From: Blastocladiella emersonii ATCC 22665
Lineage: Eukaryota; Fungi; Blastocladiomycota
DNA: 64,000 nt
Direction of reading: 5' to 3'
Assembly: GCA_025594325.1 (NCBI GenBank)
Contig: JANHCV010000006.1
Location: 1 to 64,000 of the forward strand
In this document: positions 23,718 to 34,545 of the stretch, piece after piece
Numbering within the stretch: position 1 is the stretch's first letter
Layout: the number at the start of each line of letters is the position of its first letter
Program-made: the position numbers and the translations under genes
Notes under the pieces: model-generated
Seen by the model: the letters and a program-made list of their open reading frames with translations, nothing else
Told to the model about the DNA's origin: nothing
Databases searched by the model: none

Positions 23718-26700
23718 CATCTCAGTCCATCAAGTAAGGAGTCCATGGAAGCGTTACATTGTAGGGTGCCGGGTCAACGTTGAGAGAGCGAGAACGCTGA
23801 GGCCGGTCAAGTCGGTCAGGACGCGAGTGGTCATCGGGGCGCGTCCTCTCTCTCTTCCCCCCTCGCCTCATGAAAGCCAATGAATCATGGATCTCCTTCG
23901 CGTTGCGCTTGATGCAGAGAGTCTCGACCAGCTCGTTGAGACGTGGAGCGCCGTATGCTACTTGGTGGGCCGTCGACGCGAACGTCAGGAGCTCACACGT
24001 GTCGTCCCACGCCCAGAACCCGTCGCCCGAGCTGCTCGTCCACATCCTGGTTAGAAACAACGGGCCCGCGCCCGCCGCTGTCCTGCCCGTCGCGAAGCAG
24101 CACCGCGACCTGGTCCGTTCTCCCGATCACCAGCTCCGACGCTCTCGAAAGCTGACGCCCGCGCGCAGGACCGCATTTAGGCCCGCATCGTCGACCTGTA
24201 CACGTTCCTGTGGTCGACGGGGTTCGGCGACGAGGAGACGCCGCTGGGCGATCCGCTGTGCGCCGAACCTGGCGCCGAGGAGGTGCTCGAGTACGCCCTC
24301 TCTCCGCTCCCTACCTCACGACATCCACTGATCCCCCGTAAATAGATTTGCGGGCAACATTGCGTCAGGTCACATCCCGCACACGGCCGCCACGGCGAGC
24401 GCGCTGCCCGACTCGCCGGCCGTCGTGTGCGCCGCCATTACCATGACCTACGCGCTCTACGAGCTTGTGCCCGCGACCGAGCTGCTGCTGCACGCGCCGC
24501 CCGGTCCCCCACTCTTTGGATTCCTCGTGTGCGCGCACCCGGCGCGGTTCGCCGAGCACATGGACTGGCTCATGGACGCGTACCGCGGTGACCGCGCGGC
24601 GATGCGCGGCGTCGTGACGGCCTGCGCCGAGCACCTCGCGTCGCTGTCGGACGAGGGCGCCGCGCTGTTCCTGCACCACCTGCGCCGCGCCTCGGTGCTG
24701 CCGGCGCTGTCGCTGCGGCTCGCCCTGCGCCACGGCGTGGCCGGGTCGCAGCAGGACGACGACGTGGTGCCGCTGCTGTCGGCGCTGCTCAACGCCAACG
24801 CGCGCGCCATTGTGCGCGAGTTTGAAGAGTCGGACACACTCGTCGCCGACGTGATCGTGCACCTCGCCGTGCGGCTGCGCGAGCCCCACGCGCCGCCCGT
24901 CGTCCAGCTGCAGGTGCTGCGCCTGATTGCGCTGCTCGTGGCGAGCACGCCGACCGCCTTCAATCTGGGCGTGCTGGTCCCGTCGCTCGACAGCGTCGGG
25001 CTGGCCGACCCGACCCTCAACCCGGCCGTGGCTGCCGCCATGGCCCCGCTCCCCGCTGCCGCTCCCGGCAAAGACGGCGGCGCGCCGAAACCCGTGGCGC
25101 CGCCGCTCCTGGCCACACTGTCGCACGGCACCCACACCACCTCACCGTCGGAACGGATGCGCGAGATTGCGGCCTGCGTGACCATGGCGGTCATGGCGCG
25201 GTTCCCCGCCGACTTCACGGCGCCGGTCCTCGCCGCGTGGGTCGCCAGCAACCCGTCGCTCGCGGTGCTCGTGTACCACGTCCTCGACAACAGCTGGGGC
25301 ATGGTCGAGCGGCTCGTGTTCGACTGGCTCGGCGCGCCCGTCGGCGGCAGCGGTCCCGGCGGAGCGAGCGGGTACCTGCTGCCCAACGGGTCGGCGTGCG
25401 TCGAGCACGTCCGCGCGGTCCTGCCGACGTCAACGCTGGCACGCGCGGCGCTGCTGCACGCCGAGGGCTCGGCGATGCTGGTGCTGCAGCTGATGCAAGG
25501 CGGGGGCGAGTTCCAGCGCGCCGGGCTCGACCTGGGCCCGTGGCTGCTCGCGCACATTCTGCAGTGCGAGCGGGTCGACCGCGCGCTGATCGAGCTCGTC
25601 GACCAGTTTATCGAGGGGTACGCGTTGTATCGTCGCTACTGAGCTAAGCCAGTACTAACCCGCTGTAACGAGTAGGCTGCACGTGGACCCGGCGCCGTGC
25701 TACTCGCCGCTCGACGAGCAGGCCATCTGGGCGCACGTCACGCAGGTCACCAGCGGGGTGATCCCGCCCGGCCCGCGCACGGCGGTGCTGGCGTACTACG
25801 TGCTGAGCTACACGCGGCGGCGCGGGTGCCACCAGCACCCGACGCTGCCGCCGCTCTCGCTCCAGCTGCTGCACCGGATGCCGCTCGCGCAGCTCGTGCG
25901 CGTCCCCGCCGTGGCCGCGTCGCCGGCGCTGTACTTTGCGCTCCTCGGCACGCTGCCGCCCGAGTACTCGCAGCACATGCAGTCGGTCCGCCCCAAGGAC
26001 CCGGCGTGGCCATCGACCACCACCACCGTGTCTCGGACTACCGCCGAGCTCGAGACCACTGAAAACAGCAGCACGATCCCGACCATGGGCGAGATCGCGG
26101 GGCTCGTGATGGCGGGCAGCGTCGACGCGTGGACGCGGCGGTTCGCGCTGTACCCAATGGAGGTGACCGTGTTCACGGCGCGCACGCTGGCGGGCGACCC
26201 GCACGTGCAGTACGGCGCGCTGCTGGCGTCGCCCGAGACGCTGCTGGTGGGCGGGTGCGGGCTGGCGACGCGCGCGACGACGGCGGTCACGCTGCAGGTG
26301 CTCGACTTCCTGCTGGCGGCGAGCGCGCCGCACATGCAGCAGATCACGCTGCGCAACCACGCCAAGGCGGACTCGGCCATGCACGAGGTGGCGATCGCGG
26401 ACCGCGTGCGGTCGACCAAGTGCAAGGTGCTGCGGGTGCTGGTCGAGGCCATGGTGCCTGGTCCGTGTTCTCGTGGTTACTCTGGCGTGGCACCCTCACT
26501 CACACGTGAATGACGGCGGCATGTAGAGACCAAGGAGCTGATCGGCGAGTACGTCAACCGGCTCTTCATCCGCGAGCCGGCGCTGGTGCCCGCGTTTGTC
26601 GTGCACGGCTTCCACCCGGACGCGGTCGAGGCCGTGGTGCAGCTGCCCGCGTTCCGTACGTGGTCTGATTCACTTGGCCTGAGGTTGTTGCCTCACTGAC

Positions 26701-27288
26701 GGTTGCCCGCACCGAGTAGACGTGTTCCTCGACGGGTTCCGCAAGGTGCTCACGCGCGACGTGCATTTCGTGAGCTACGTCCTGACGAGCCTCTTTTACC
26801 AGTACCCGCTGCCCAAGACGTGCGTGCCTCGCTCCTGCTGTCTCACCTCCCTGCACGGACCTCGACTCACCCTCGAAACCGAGTGTAGGCTGGCGATCGC
26901 GCGGTCCGACATCCTCCCGTCGCTGCAGCAGCTCGTGCTGTCGAGCCTCGGCAAGCGCGAGTCGTTTGGCGCACGCCTGGGCGACGCCAACGACCAACCC
27001 GGGGCCGTCGCGGCCACGGTCACCTACTTTGACGTGACGATGCGCGCCATCGTGCAGCTGATCCGCGCGTTCCCGGAGCTGCGCGGCGAGGTGCAGGACG
27101 TGCTGCTGGCGACCAAGCAGCACCTGACGCAGCGCATCGTCGCGGCCGCGGCGCCGGGGCACGACGAGGTGGCGGCCGTGGCGGCGGCGGGCCGCGCCCA
27201 GCTGCAGGCGGCGTACGACGCGCTGCTGGCGACGGCCGAGCAGGTCATGGCGCACCTGCAGGTGCCCGTGGCGCACTGCCGGCGGTGA
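23713..27288 (+). CDS. INTS2: Duplicated INTS2 copy with exon 1 truncated and a junction-derived in-frame ATG (MVISVHQ instead of MARIFDAISVHQ); function uncertain
   Basis: Mirror of 11326-14896. The junction reads ttgATG GTC ATC TCA GTC CAT CAA gtaagg. One Ala>Val change at 25684 (GCG>GTG). Confidence 0.6.
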
Positions 27289-27801
27289 TAAGGTTGAGTG
27301 CGCACTTCGCGGCGGTCGGTCGCTTCACCGTTGCCCGCTGCTGCTCCATGATCTCCTCTTCCTTCCAAATGCAACGACCTTCACCTTCGCCTTCAATGGA
27401 CTCTGCCGCCCGTCGGCAACCCATGCATCATCATCATCGACTTCTGTGAGCGCTGCCCTCACCAACTCGCCCGCCGACCTCGCGAGACACCTGTACCCAC
27501 CGCATCACTTGCGGCAAGCACGACGTGATATCCTCGCCGTACACGTCGTCGTCTTTGTCGAAACACGAGAGGAAAGTGCGCCACGGGTGTGTCCATCGAC
27601 CAACCAGCCCGCGCCGCTCATCATCTCGGCGGATCACGCACTCGCGCCCGACCGCCTTCATCACCGTCTGCGCCTCGCACCGTGACCACCGCTGCTGAGC
27701 CACAGCACGGGGCCAGGTAGCCAGCACGCCATCGTGTGTTCTACGAGGGTTCGTCACTAGAGAAGCCCGCGCTCTCCAAAGCGATGAACTGACCATCAAC
27801 C

Positions 27802-30800
27802 ATGGACGTGGCCTTCTCCATCCCAGTCGTATCGCCCTCAACCAGGCGCCGCCTCAACAGTCCCGGCAGCAGCGAGGCGTTCCCCTCCATCGACTCGCCC
27901 GAGACCCCACCGCACAAACAGCAACCGCTCGGGATGCTCGGCCGGTTCCGCGCACGGTGCACCGACGTGCCCGCGAGCCCGACTGGCACCGCCGCCGTCG
28001 CGCCCGCCGAGGGCGGCGAGAGCACTGGTACCGGTCTCAAGAAGCGGCCCTCGCTCGCCGTCCGCATGCAGCGCGCGGCATCGGCGCGGCGGTCGGTCCT
28101 CGAGCGCGCCGTCTCGTCCGCGCGGTCGCACCTCGCGCACGTGCAGACCACGGCGCAGCGCAAGGCCGACCTGGAGCGCGAGGCGCGCGAGCGGACCGCG
28201 GCGAAGCTGCGCGCCAAGCTCGAGGCGTGCGAGTCGCGCCGCCGGTCAGCGCTCGCGCGCCGGCTGACATTTGGCGGCAGTGGGAGTACGACCAGCTTCA
28301 CGCCCCGGCAGCGCACCGCGTCGGCGGCGTCGACCGACTCGACCGCCTCCACTCGGTCGTCCTCAGGCGACGCGGCTTCCTCGGACGAGGGCGCTACCAC
28401 CACCAGCGTATCGCTCCCACGCAACCTGTCCAGCGACTCGCTCAGCTCTCAGCGCTCCGCCACCTCGTCGTCGGACCTCGAGACCGCCATTGCCGATTTC
28501 GTCGCGCTCGACCTCGTACGGCACGACGCCAGCAGCCGCACGCTCGATGACCTGGTCGCGCACGTCGAAGACGAGACCACGCTGCGCGTCACGCGCGTTC
28601 TGCTCAACGAGATTGCCGCTTTCGCTTCTGCATCCTCTTCGTCCAAGGCGACGCCGACGCTGGAGCGGCAGCCCATGTCTCACGCCCGCACGGCGAGCCG
28701 CACCTCGATCCAGAGCGACCGTTCGGCCGAGGCGAGCGACGAGGGCGTCGACGTCGAGGACCCAGTGCCCGAGACCGACGCCAGCAACCCGTTCGACACG
28801 CGCATGTTCCTTGCGGCCCTCGCCACGTCGCTGTCCCCGTCGCAGGTGCTTCGGCCGGGCAACCCGCTCGACGACGTACGTTCGCACACTCGCACAGCCT
28901 CACCCTTGCACGCTAACCCTCCCGCTCCACTCTCAAGAACTTGTTCGAGAAGACGACGCTGATGATGGACTCGTTTGCGCGGCTGCTCGGGTCGCCGACC
29001 AAGCGCCGCGTGCACCACTTCGCCGCGGCGTGGTCCCAGTATGCGCGCCAGTTTGCCGAGTGGAAGCTCGCCAGCCAGCAGACGCTGATCCAGGAGCTGA
29101 TTGCGCATTTCGTCGAGGTCGACCGCATGTGGGCCACGGCGCATCCGCGCTTCCTCTCTGCCGCTGTCGGCTCAACCGAGTCGGCGACGGCCGAGGTGGC
29201 GACGGCGGCGGCCGAGTACCTCGAGGGCCTGCGCACGCGGCAGCAGCTCATCTTCAACCGGCTGCGGCGGTTTGGCGGGGCCGAGGCTGAGGTCGCCCTC
29301 GCGCGGTTCCGCCGCGACCTCGAGTTTGACCATTTCGACCTGATGCGCGACCCAGCAGACGAGCTTCTGGGACCCTCGCTCTCCTCTACCGGCCATGCGT
29401 CGGGTCGCCGGTCCGACTCGGTCGCGGCGGGATTCACGACGCCGCTGTCGTCACCGTTGCCTTCCCCAGCCGGCAGCCCGCCCGTCTCGCCCACCACCAC
29501 GGCACCGTCGAACCAACCACCAGCGAGCGACCTCAACGACGTCCGCCTCGCGCACGAGCTGTTCCTCGAGGGCACGCTGTCGCCGCCGGCTGACCCGCAC
29601 GTGGCGCGGGTGCAGGCGACGCTCAAGCGCGCGTTCCGCGACCAGACGACGGCGCTCGCCGCGCAGGGCCAGCTGCGGCCGTGGTTCCCCGACTGTCTGG
29701 GCGTGCTGTGCGACAACATTTGCATGGCGACGCCCGACCCCGAGTCGACGCGCCCCCGCGTGGCCGCCGTGTGCGACACGGCGTGGCTCCGCGAGCGACT
29801 CGAGCGCGGCGCTCTGGACGTGGCCGAGCAGCTCGGCGTGCTCGACGGGCTGCGCCGGCTGATGCGCGAGCTCTGCGCGCCTGTCCGCGACGCTGCCCTC
29901 GCCGACCTCGCGCCGCCACTCTCGCCTCCGACCACCACCACTTCTCACCCGAACAACGACTCTGCTGCGTCGGTCGCGACCCTGCTCTTCGCGCTGCTCG
30001 ACATCAGCGAAGCGATGCGGCAGGACCTCGCGCGTGTCCGCATGCACAGCGTCAAGCCGGTGCTGCGGCGCACCATCGTCCCTCTCGAGCGCGCGCACTT
30101 CCGCGCGTTCCTCGACGCCGCCGATGGTTCGCCCACGGCCGAGTTGCCGCGCACCCGCGCCTGGCTCGCTCACGCTGTCGAGTCGTCGGGCATCGCCACC
30201 ACCACAACACCGTCAGCGCGATCGGGCACGCTGTACCGCACGCTGTGGGACGCGGCGTTCGTCGGCCTGGTGGTGTTCCCGCGCCGTGCGGCACCCGCGG
30301 GCCTGCCCGAGACGTTCCCGTTCGACGGCGACCGGCTCGACCGGCTCAGCGAGCGCGCGCACCGCGCCCTGCTCTTCGCAGCGCTCATCACGCACGCGCG
30401 GTCACGTAGCGGGTCGAGCGACTCGGCCAGCGGCGTCGGTACGGCGGTCCGTCCCGCGCCTGTGGTCGCTCTGGTGCGTGCCGGCCGGGTCCCCGACGCC
30501 GTGGCGCAGCTGACCGCGGTACTCGACTCGGCGACGGCCGTCGACGCGCTCGTCGCCGACCTCGCGCGGCTGTGCGGCGCCGAGATGCACCGCACCATCG
30601 CGCGGTGTCTCGCCAAGACGGACCCCGTGTACAAGCTGCTGGTGCGCCGGATCGAGGCCGCGCTGCGCACTGGTCTCGCGCCCACGACGTCGACCTCGTC
30701 CGACTCTCCGCCCGCCGTGGCTGCCGTCAAGGGCCTCGAGGCGGTGCAGGACCAGGTGGCCTCGCTCGTGCAGGACGCGGTCCGGCTCGCGGCGCACAAC

Positions 30801-30926
30801 CGCCACGTGTACTCGGAGTGGTACGACATCATCCTCGACGATGTCATGGACGAGGCGCGGCAGCGGGCGGCGGCCGCGGAGAAGCAGGACGGGATGGCGG
30901 CGGCCGAGGCGACGCCCGCCGCGTAG
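27802..30926 (+). CDS. Complete duplicated TCP11-family gene (intron 28876-28937)
   Basis: The translations are identical to the left copy in the ORF track, and the upstream intergenic region is also duplicated. Confidence 0.85.
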
Positions 30927-31193
30927 TTGTACAGTAGCGGCAGTTGCTCATTACATCCATCGTTGTACAGTGCAATCCAAGCAGTCAAATTGATCTTTGT
31001 TTTCTCATGACAAGTGCTTTGACTGACGAGCCTGCCATGCCACGCAAGCGCTGGCCTCGACCACGGTCCACGAGAGCCGCGACGCGCCCAGCAGCCAAGC
31101 TCGTGGTAGATCTCCACTGCGTGTAGAAAGAATACGATTGAAACAACGGAACAACAGCATATAAATGACAAAGTTACTGGTATCGCGACCTGC

Positions 31194-33839
31194 CTAGACC
31201 TTGGCGCCGGGCGACATGGGGTTGGACTGGATGATGTTGGCCTTGGAGAAGGCGTCCGAGGCCGGGTTGACCTTGAGCGCGTCCTTGCCCGAGATGGGCG
31301 CCTTGCCCGCGGGCACGGTGCCGGGCGCTGCGGGGGCGTCGCGGGCGGCGCGGAGGTACGCGTGCAGCTTGACGAAGATGCCGACCGTGATCTCGGCGAC
31401 GACGGCGGCCCAGAAGCACGCGAGCCACAGCGCGTCGAGCCCGCTCTGCGTCACGACGCACACGCCGTTGGTCGTGGCCAGCAGCGACCGCGCGAGCGGC
31501 TGGCAGCTGAGCCGCGCCGCGATGGTCGCGTCCACGGTGCCCGCCGTCTCGATCAGCGACTTGGTCGCCTTCGGGATCCGCACCGTCGTCAGGTCCGTGC
31601 GCGTCGCCGCCAGGTAGTCGGTCGCGACGCCGACGAGCGCGTTGAACCGCGTCACGATCGTGTTGGCCGACGTCTTGAGCTGGGTGACGCGCGTCTCGAG
31701 GTTGCCGCCCTTGGTCTTGGTGTCGGCGAGCGCCGCGGCCGCGTTGGGCGCCGACGTGTTGATGATGTTGTTGAGCGCCGAGATCTGCGTGTCGAGCCGC
31801 GACTTGAAGTCGTTGACGCAGTTGGTCTTTTGCTGCGCCGTGACCACCGTGGTGTCGTACGTGAACGAGTTGGTGTCGACCGAGCCTTTGAGGGAGGACA
31901 GGTTGTCGCGCAGGGAGACGAGGCTCGACGTCGAGATGGCCGTGGGCAGCGTCGAGAAGAAGCCAAAGTTGAACGAGGCGAGCGGGCCGGCCGTCCCCGT
32001 CAGCGGCGCGAGCTGGTCCGACACGCTGCCGCCGTTCCACGACACGAGCGACGCGACGTTGAGCGAGTTGAGCTGGTCGTTGACCTGCTTGGCGAGGTCG
32101 AGCGACGCCAGCTGCGAGTCGGTCAGCTTGGTCAGGTTGAGCGACACGCCGGCGCCGAGGCCGAGGACCGCAGGTGCGCCGTTGAGCTCGAGCGCCATGA
32201 GCACCGACACGTTGGACGACGACGCGCACGTGTTGAGCGTGCCGAGCCCCATCTTGGCAATGGCCGTGACGTTGGTCGACGGCGGAAAGAAGGCGCCGGC
32301 CGAGGGTGCCGGGTTGACGGGGTCGAGCTGCGTGCACGCCTCGCCGACGCCGACCGAGCCGATGAACAAGACGCCGGCGAGCAGGAACAGGAGGCCGGCG
32401 AGCAGGAGCGTCAGGCACGCGCAGTGGCGCGGCGGCTTGGGGCTCGTGGTGGGCAGCGACAGGCCGACGGCGAGGAAGCCGAGGATCAGGACGATGGCAA
32501 TGGCGAGCACGACATAGTAGGCGATGGTCAGGTAGCCCTTGACGGGCTGCGACTGCGCCGTTACCTGCGCCTGCACCGTGTCGAGCGCCGAGTTGAGCGC
32601 GAAGGCGACCGAGCCCGACTTTTTCACGTCGGCGAGCCCGTTGATGAGCGTCGTCGCCTGGTTGATGAGCGGCTGCACGTTGCCCTTGACGGCCGTGTTG
32701 GCCTCGGCGAGCTTGGTGCGGACCGTGGCCCCCGCCGAGGCGACCTGCGCGTCGACGTTGTTGGCCTGCGCGGCGAGGTCCGGCAGCCCGTTGACCTGGT
32801 TGCGCGCCTGGGACGTGCTGGGCGGCGAGCTGAGGTCCGGGATGCCGAAGCTCGAGGCCGTCGGGATGCCCGAGATCTGGTTGGTCAGGCGGTACCCCTC
32901 GTTGGTGTTGGGCACCGTGAGCTGCGCGTTGAGGTTGTTGGCGCCCGAGAGGGCGTTGTTGAGGTCCGACTTGACCGTGTTGACGTTGCCGGTGGTGGTC
33001 GAGAGCGACGCGTCGAGCGCATCGAGGTCCGACTTGGCGCCCGTCACCTGGCCCGCCGCCGCGCGCAGGATCGACGACAGCGCGTCGCCGGCCGTCTTGA
33101 TGCTGGCCTCGAACGCGGGCACCGTGGTGGGCGCCGTGATATCGTCGATGGTCGAGTTGATGACCGCCGAGGTCCCCGAGATGATGCCGTTGGCGACGGG
33201 CTGCAGGTTGTAGGTGATGGCGTAGGCGGCCTCGGCCGTGTTCTGGACGGCGCCGACCGACGTGGAGATTCCGCGCGAGAGCGCCGCGTTGCCCTGCGTC
33301 ATGCAGATGACGAAGATCCTAGCCGTGTGATGGAGCAAGTTAGCAAGGGGATGGATCGAGGGGTCGAGACCGGGCAGGCAGAGCGCGTACAGCTGGAGGA
33401 ACGCGAGGACAATGAAGGCGATCTTGAGGCGGAGGAATCCCTTCTTGTTGGAACCGTCGGCCAGGCGGCGCTGCGCGAGGCCCGACGGCTTGCGGTACAC
33501 GGCGCAGCACGCCGTGATGGGCGAGGAGAGCAGGGTCAGGATGCCCGCCACGATGCAGATCCCCGCGAAGATGAGGACCGGCTACACAAGTTGTCAGTCG
33601 AACAAAGTCAGAATCGCGATCGTCACATTCCTCGTGAGAGTAGCGGCGGCGTACCAGGATGATCTTCTGCAGCTCGGGGTTGGCCGGGTCGATCGAGCCG
33701 TCCTTGACCGCGGCCTGGGACAGCGGCTGCTGCCCGCGGACGCCGGCGCGCCAGGACTGACCGAGGCCCGACCACACCACGAGGCCGCCGAGGTTCTTGG
33801 TCTTGTTGACGTTGGTCTTGTTGACGTCAAAGGCCTCGG
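31194..33839 (-). pseudogene. 5'-truncated duplicate of the prominin-like gene (lacks start codon, signal peptide and first ~115 codons)
   Basis: Homology begins at EAFDVNKT(NVNKT)KNLGGLVVW. I found no in-frame ATG close upstream across the junction. Confidence 0.7.
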
Positions 33840-34200
33840 TTGCAGGCACACGTCGGTGGCGACCCGGTCGTTGCGCGACCGGCCCGTGTACAGCTCGCCG
33901 GCGACGGTGACAGCGCAAGGCGGCACGTGAAGGTGCTTGTCCGTGTGCAGGTCGATGGAGTAGATGCCGGCGACCCACTTGGCGGGCCAGCGACAAGCTC
34001 CGAGACGAGCCTCGCGCACTCGACGGCCGTCAGCAGGACCGTGCGGGCCAGTGCGAGCGCCGCTGCCTTGGGCCCGCCCGGGCGACTGAGAGCAGCCGCT
34101 GGACGAGGGCCGTGTCGTTGCGGCGAGGGCATGCACCAGCGACGGGTCCGCGGGGCCCGTCGACAGGGTGCGGCCCGTGCAGCGAGTGCTGGGATTGACA
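33840..34200 (-). pseudogene. 5' remnant of the interrupted gene, frameshifted
   Basis: GC3-biased frame WPAKWVAGIYSIDLHTDKHLHVPPCAVTVAGELYTGRSRNDRVATDVCLQ (33989-33840). Upstream protein-like blocks (DPSLVHALAA, NDTALVQRLLS, ALALARTVLLTAVE) lie in different frames. Confidence 0.5.
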
Positions 34201-34545
34201 AGGGCAAGGTCAAGTTTGCTAGTGGTGATTCATGACTGATACATTGCCTGTTTGCGTTCGTGAAGAGAGAGAGAGTGCGCGGCGACCTCGGGCGACGAGC
34301 AGGGCGACGAGAAGAAGCGCGACCACACCGCGATAAGCGGTATCTCCCCGTGACAGCTGCAGCATCTCGGTCAATCACCGTGCGCACCGCGATCAACATG
34401 CAGCCGACGCGTCGACCGACCACCGACCACCGACCAAATCGACGAGACGACATGTTCATGAGAAAATCGTCCATCCATCATCCAAAATGAGAAACATGAG
34501 AGAGCGGGGAGGGAAATATACAAATCGTGTGTGTGCGCGACCTCC

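Larger units (their letters stand above)
23718..33839. repeat. Right (derived) arm of the inverted repeat
   Basis: Reverse complement of 4790-14896 plus a 15-nt tandem duplication near 33798-33827. Substitutions were seen at positions equivalent to 4800, 4835 and 12930. Confidence 0.97.

Noticed and set aside
4790-33839. Giant DNA transposon or Starship-like element with terminal inverted repeats
   Set aside because: The arms are made of host genes. No transposase or tyrosine recombinase was recognised in the arms or spacer, and there is no convincing TSD. The GGT at 23715-23717 and 33838-33840 overlaps arm homology, and the in-frame rejoin needs no duplication.
4790-33839. Simple fold-back sequencing artefact
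   Set aside because: It is disfavoured but not fully excluded. Fold-back artefacts have little or no unique spacer, whereas this has 8.8 kb of intact genes, arm-specific variants and flanks that rejoin in frame. Read evidence is still needed.
33900-34010. DIRS/Ngaro RNase H remnant (W..KW...IDLHTD)
   Set aside because: The downstream residues do not continue the RNase H pattern, and no RT or recombinase fragments were seen nearby.
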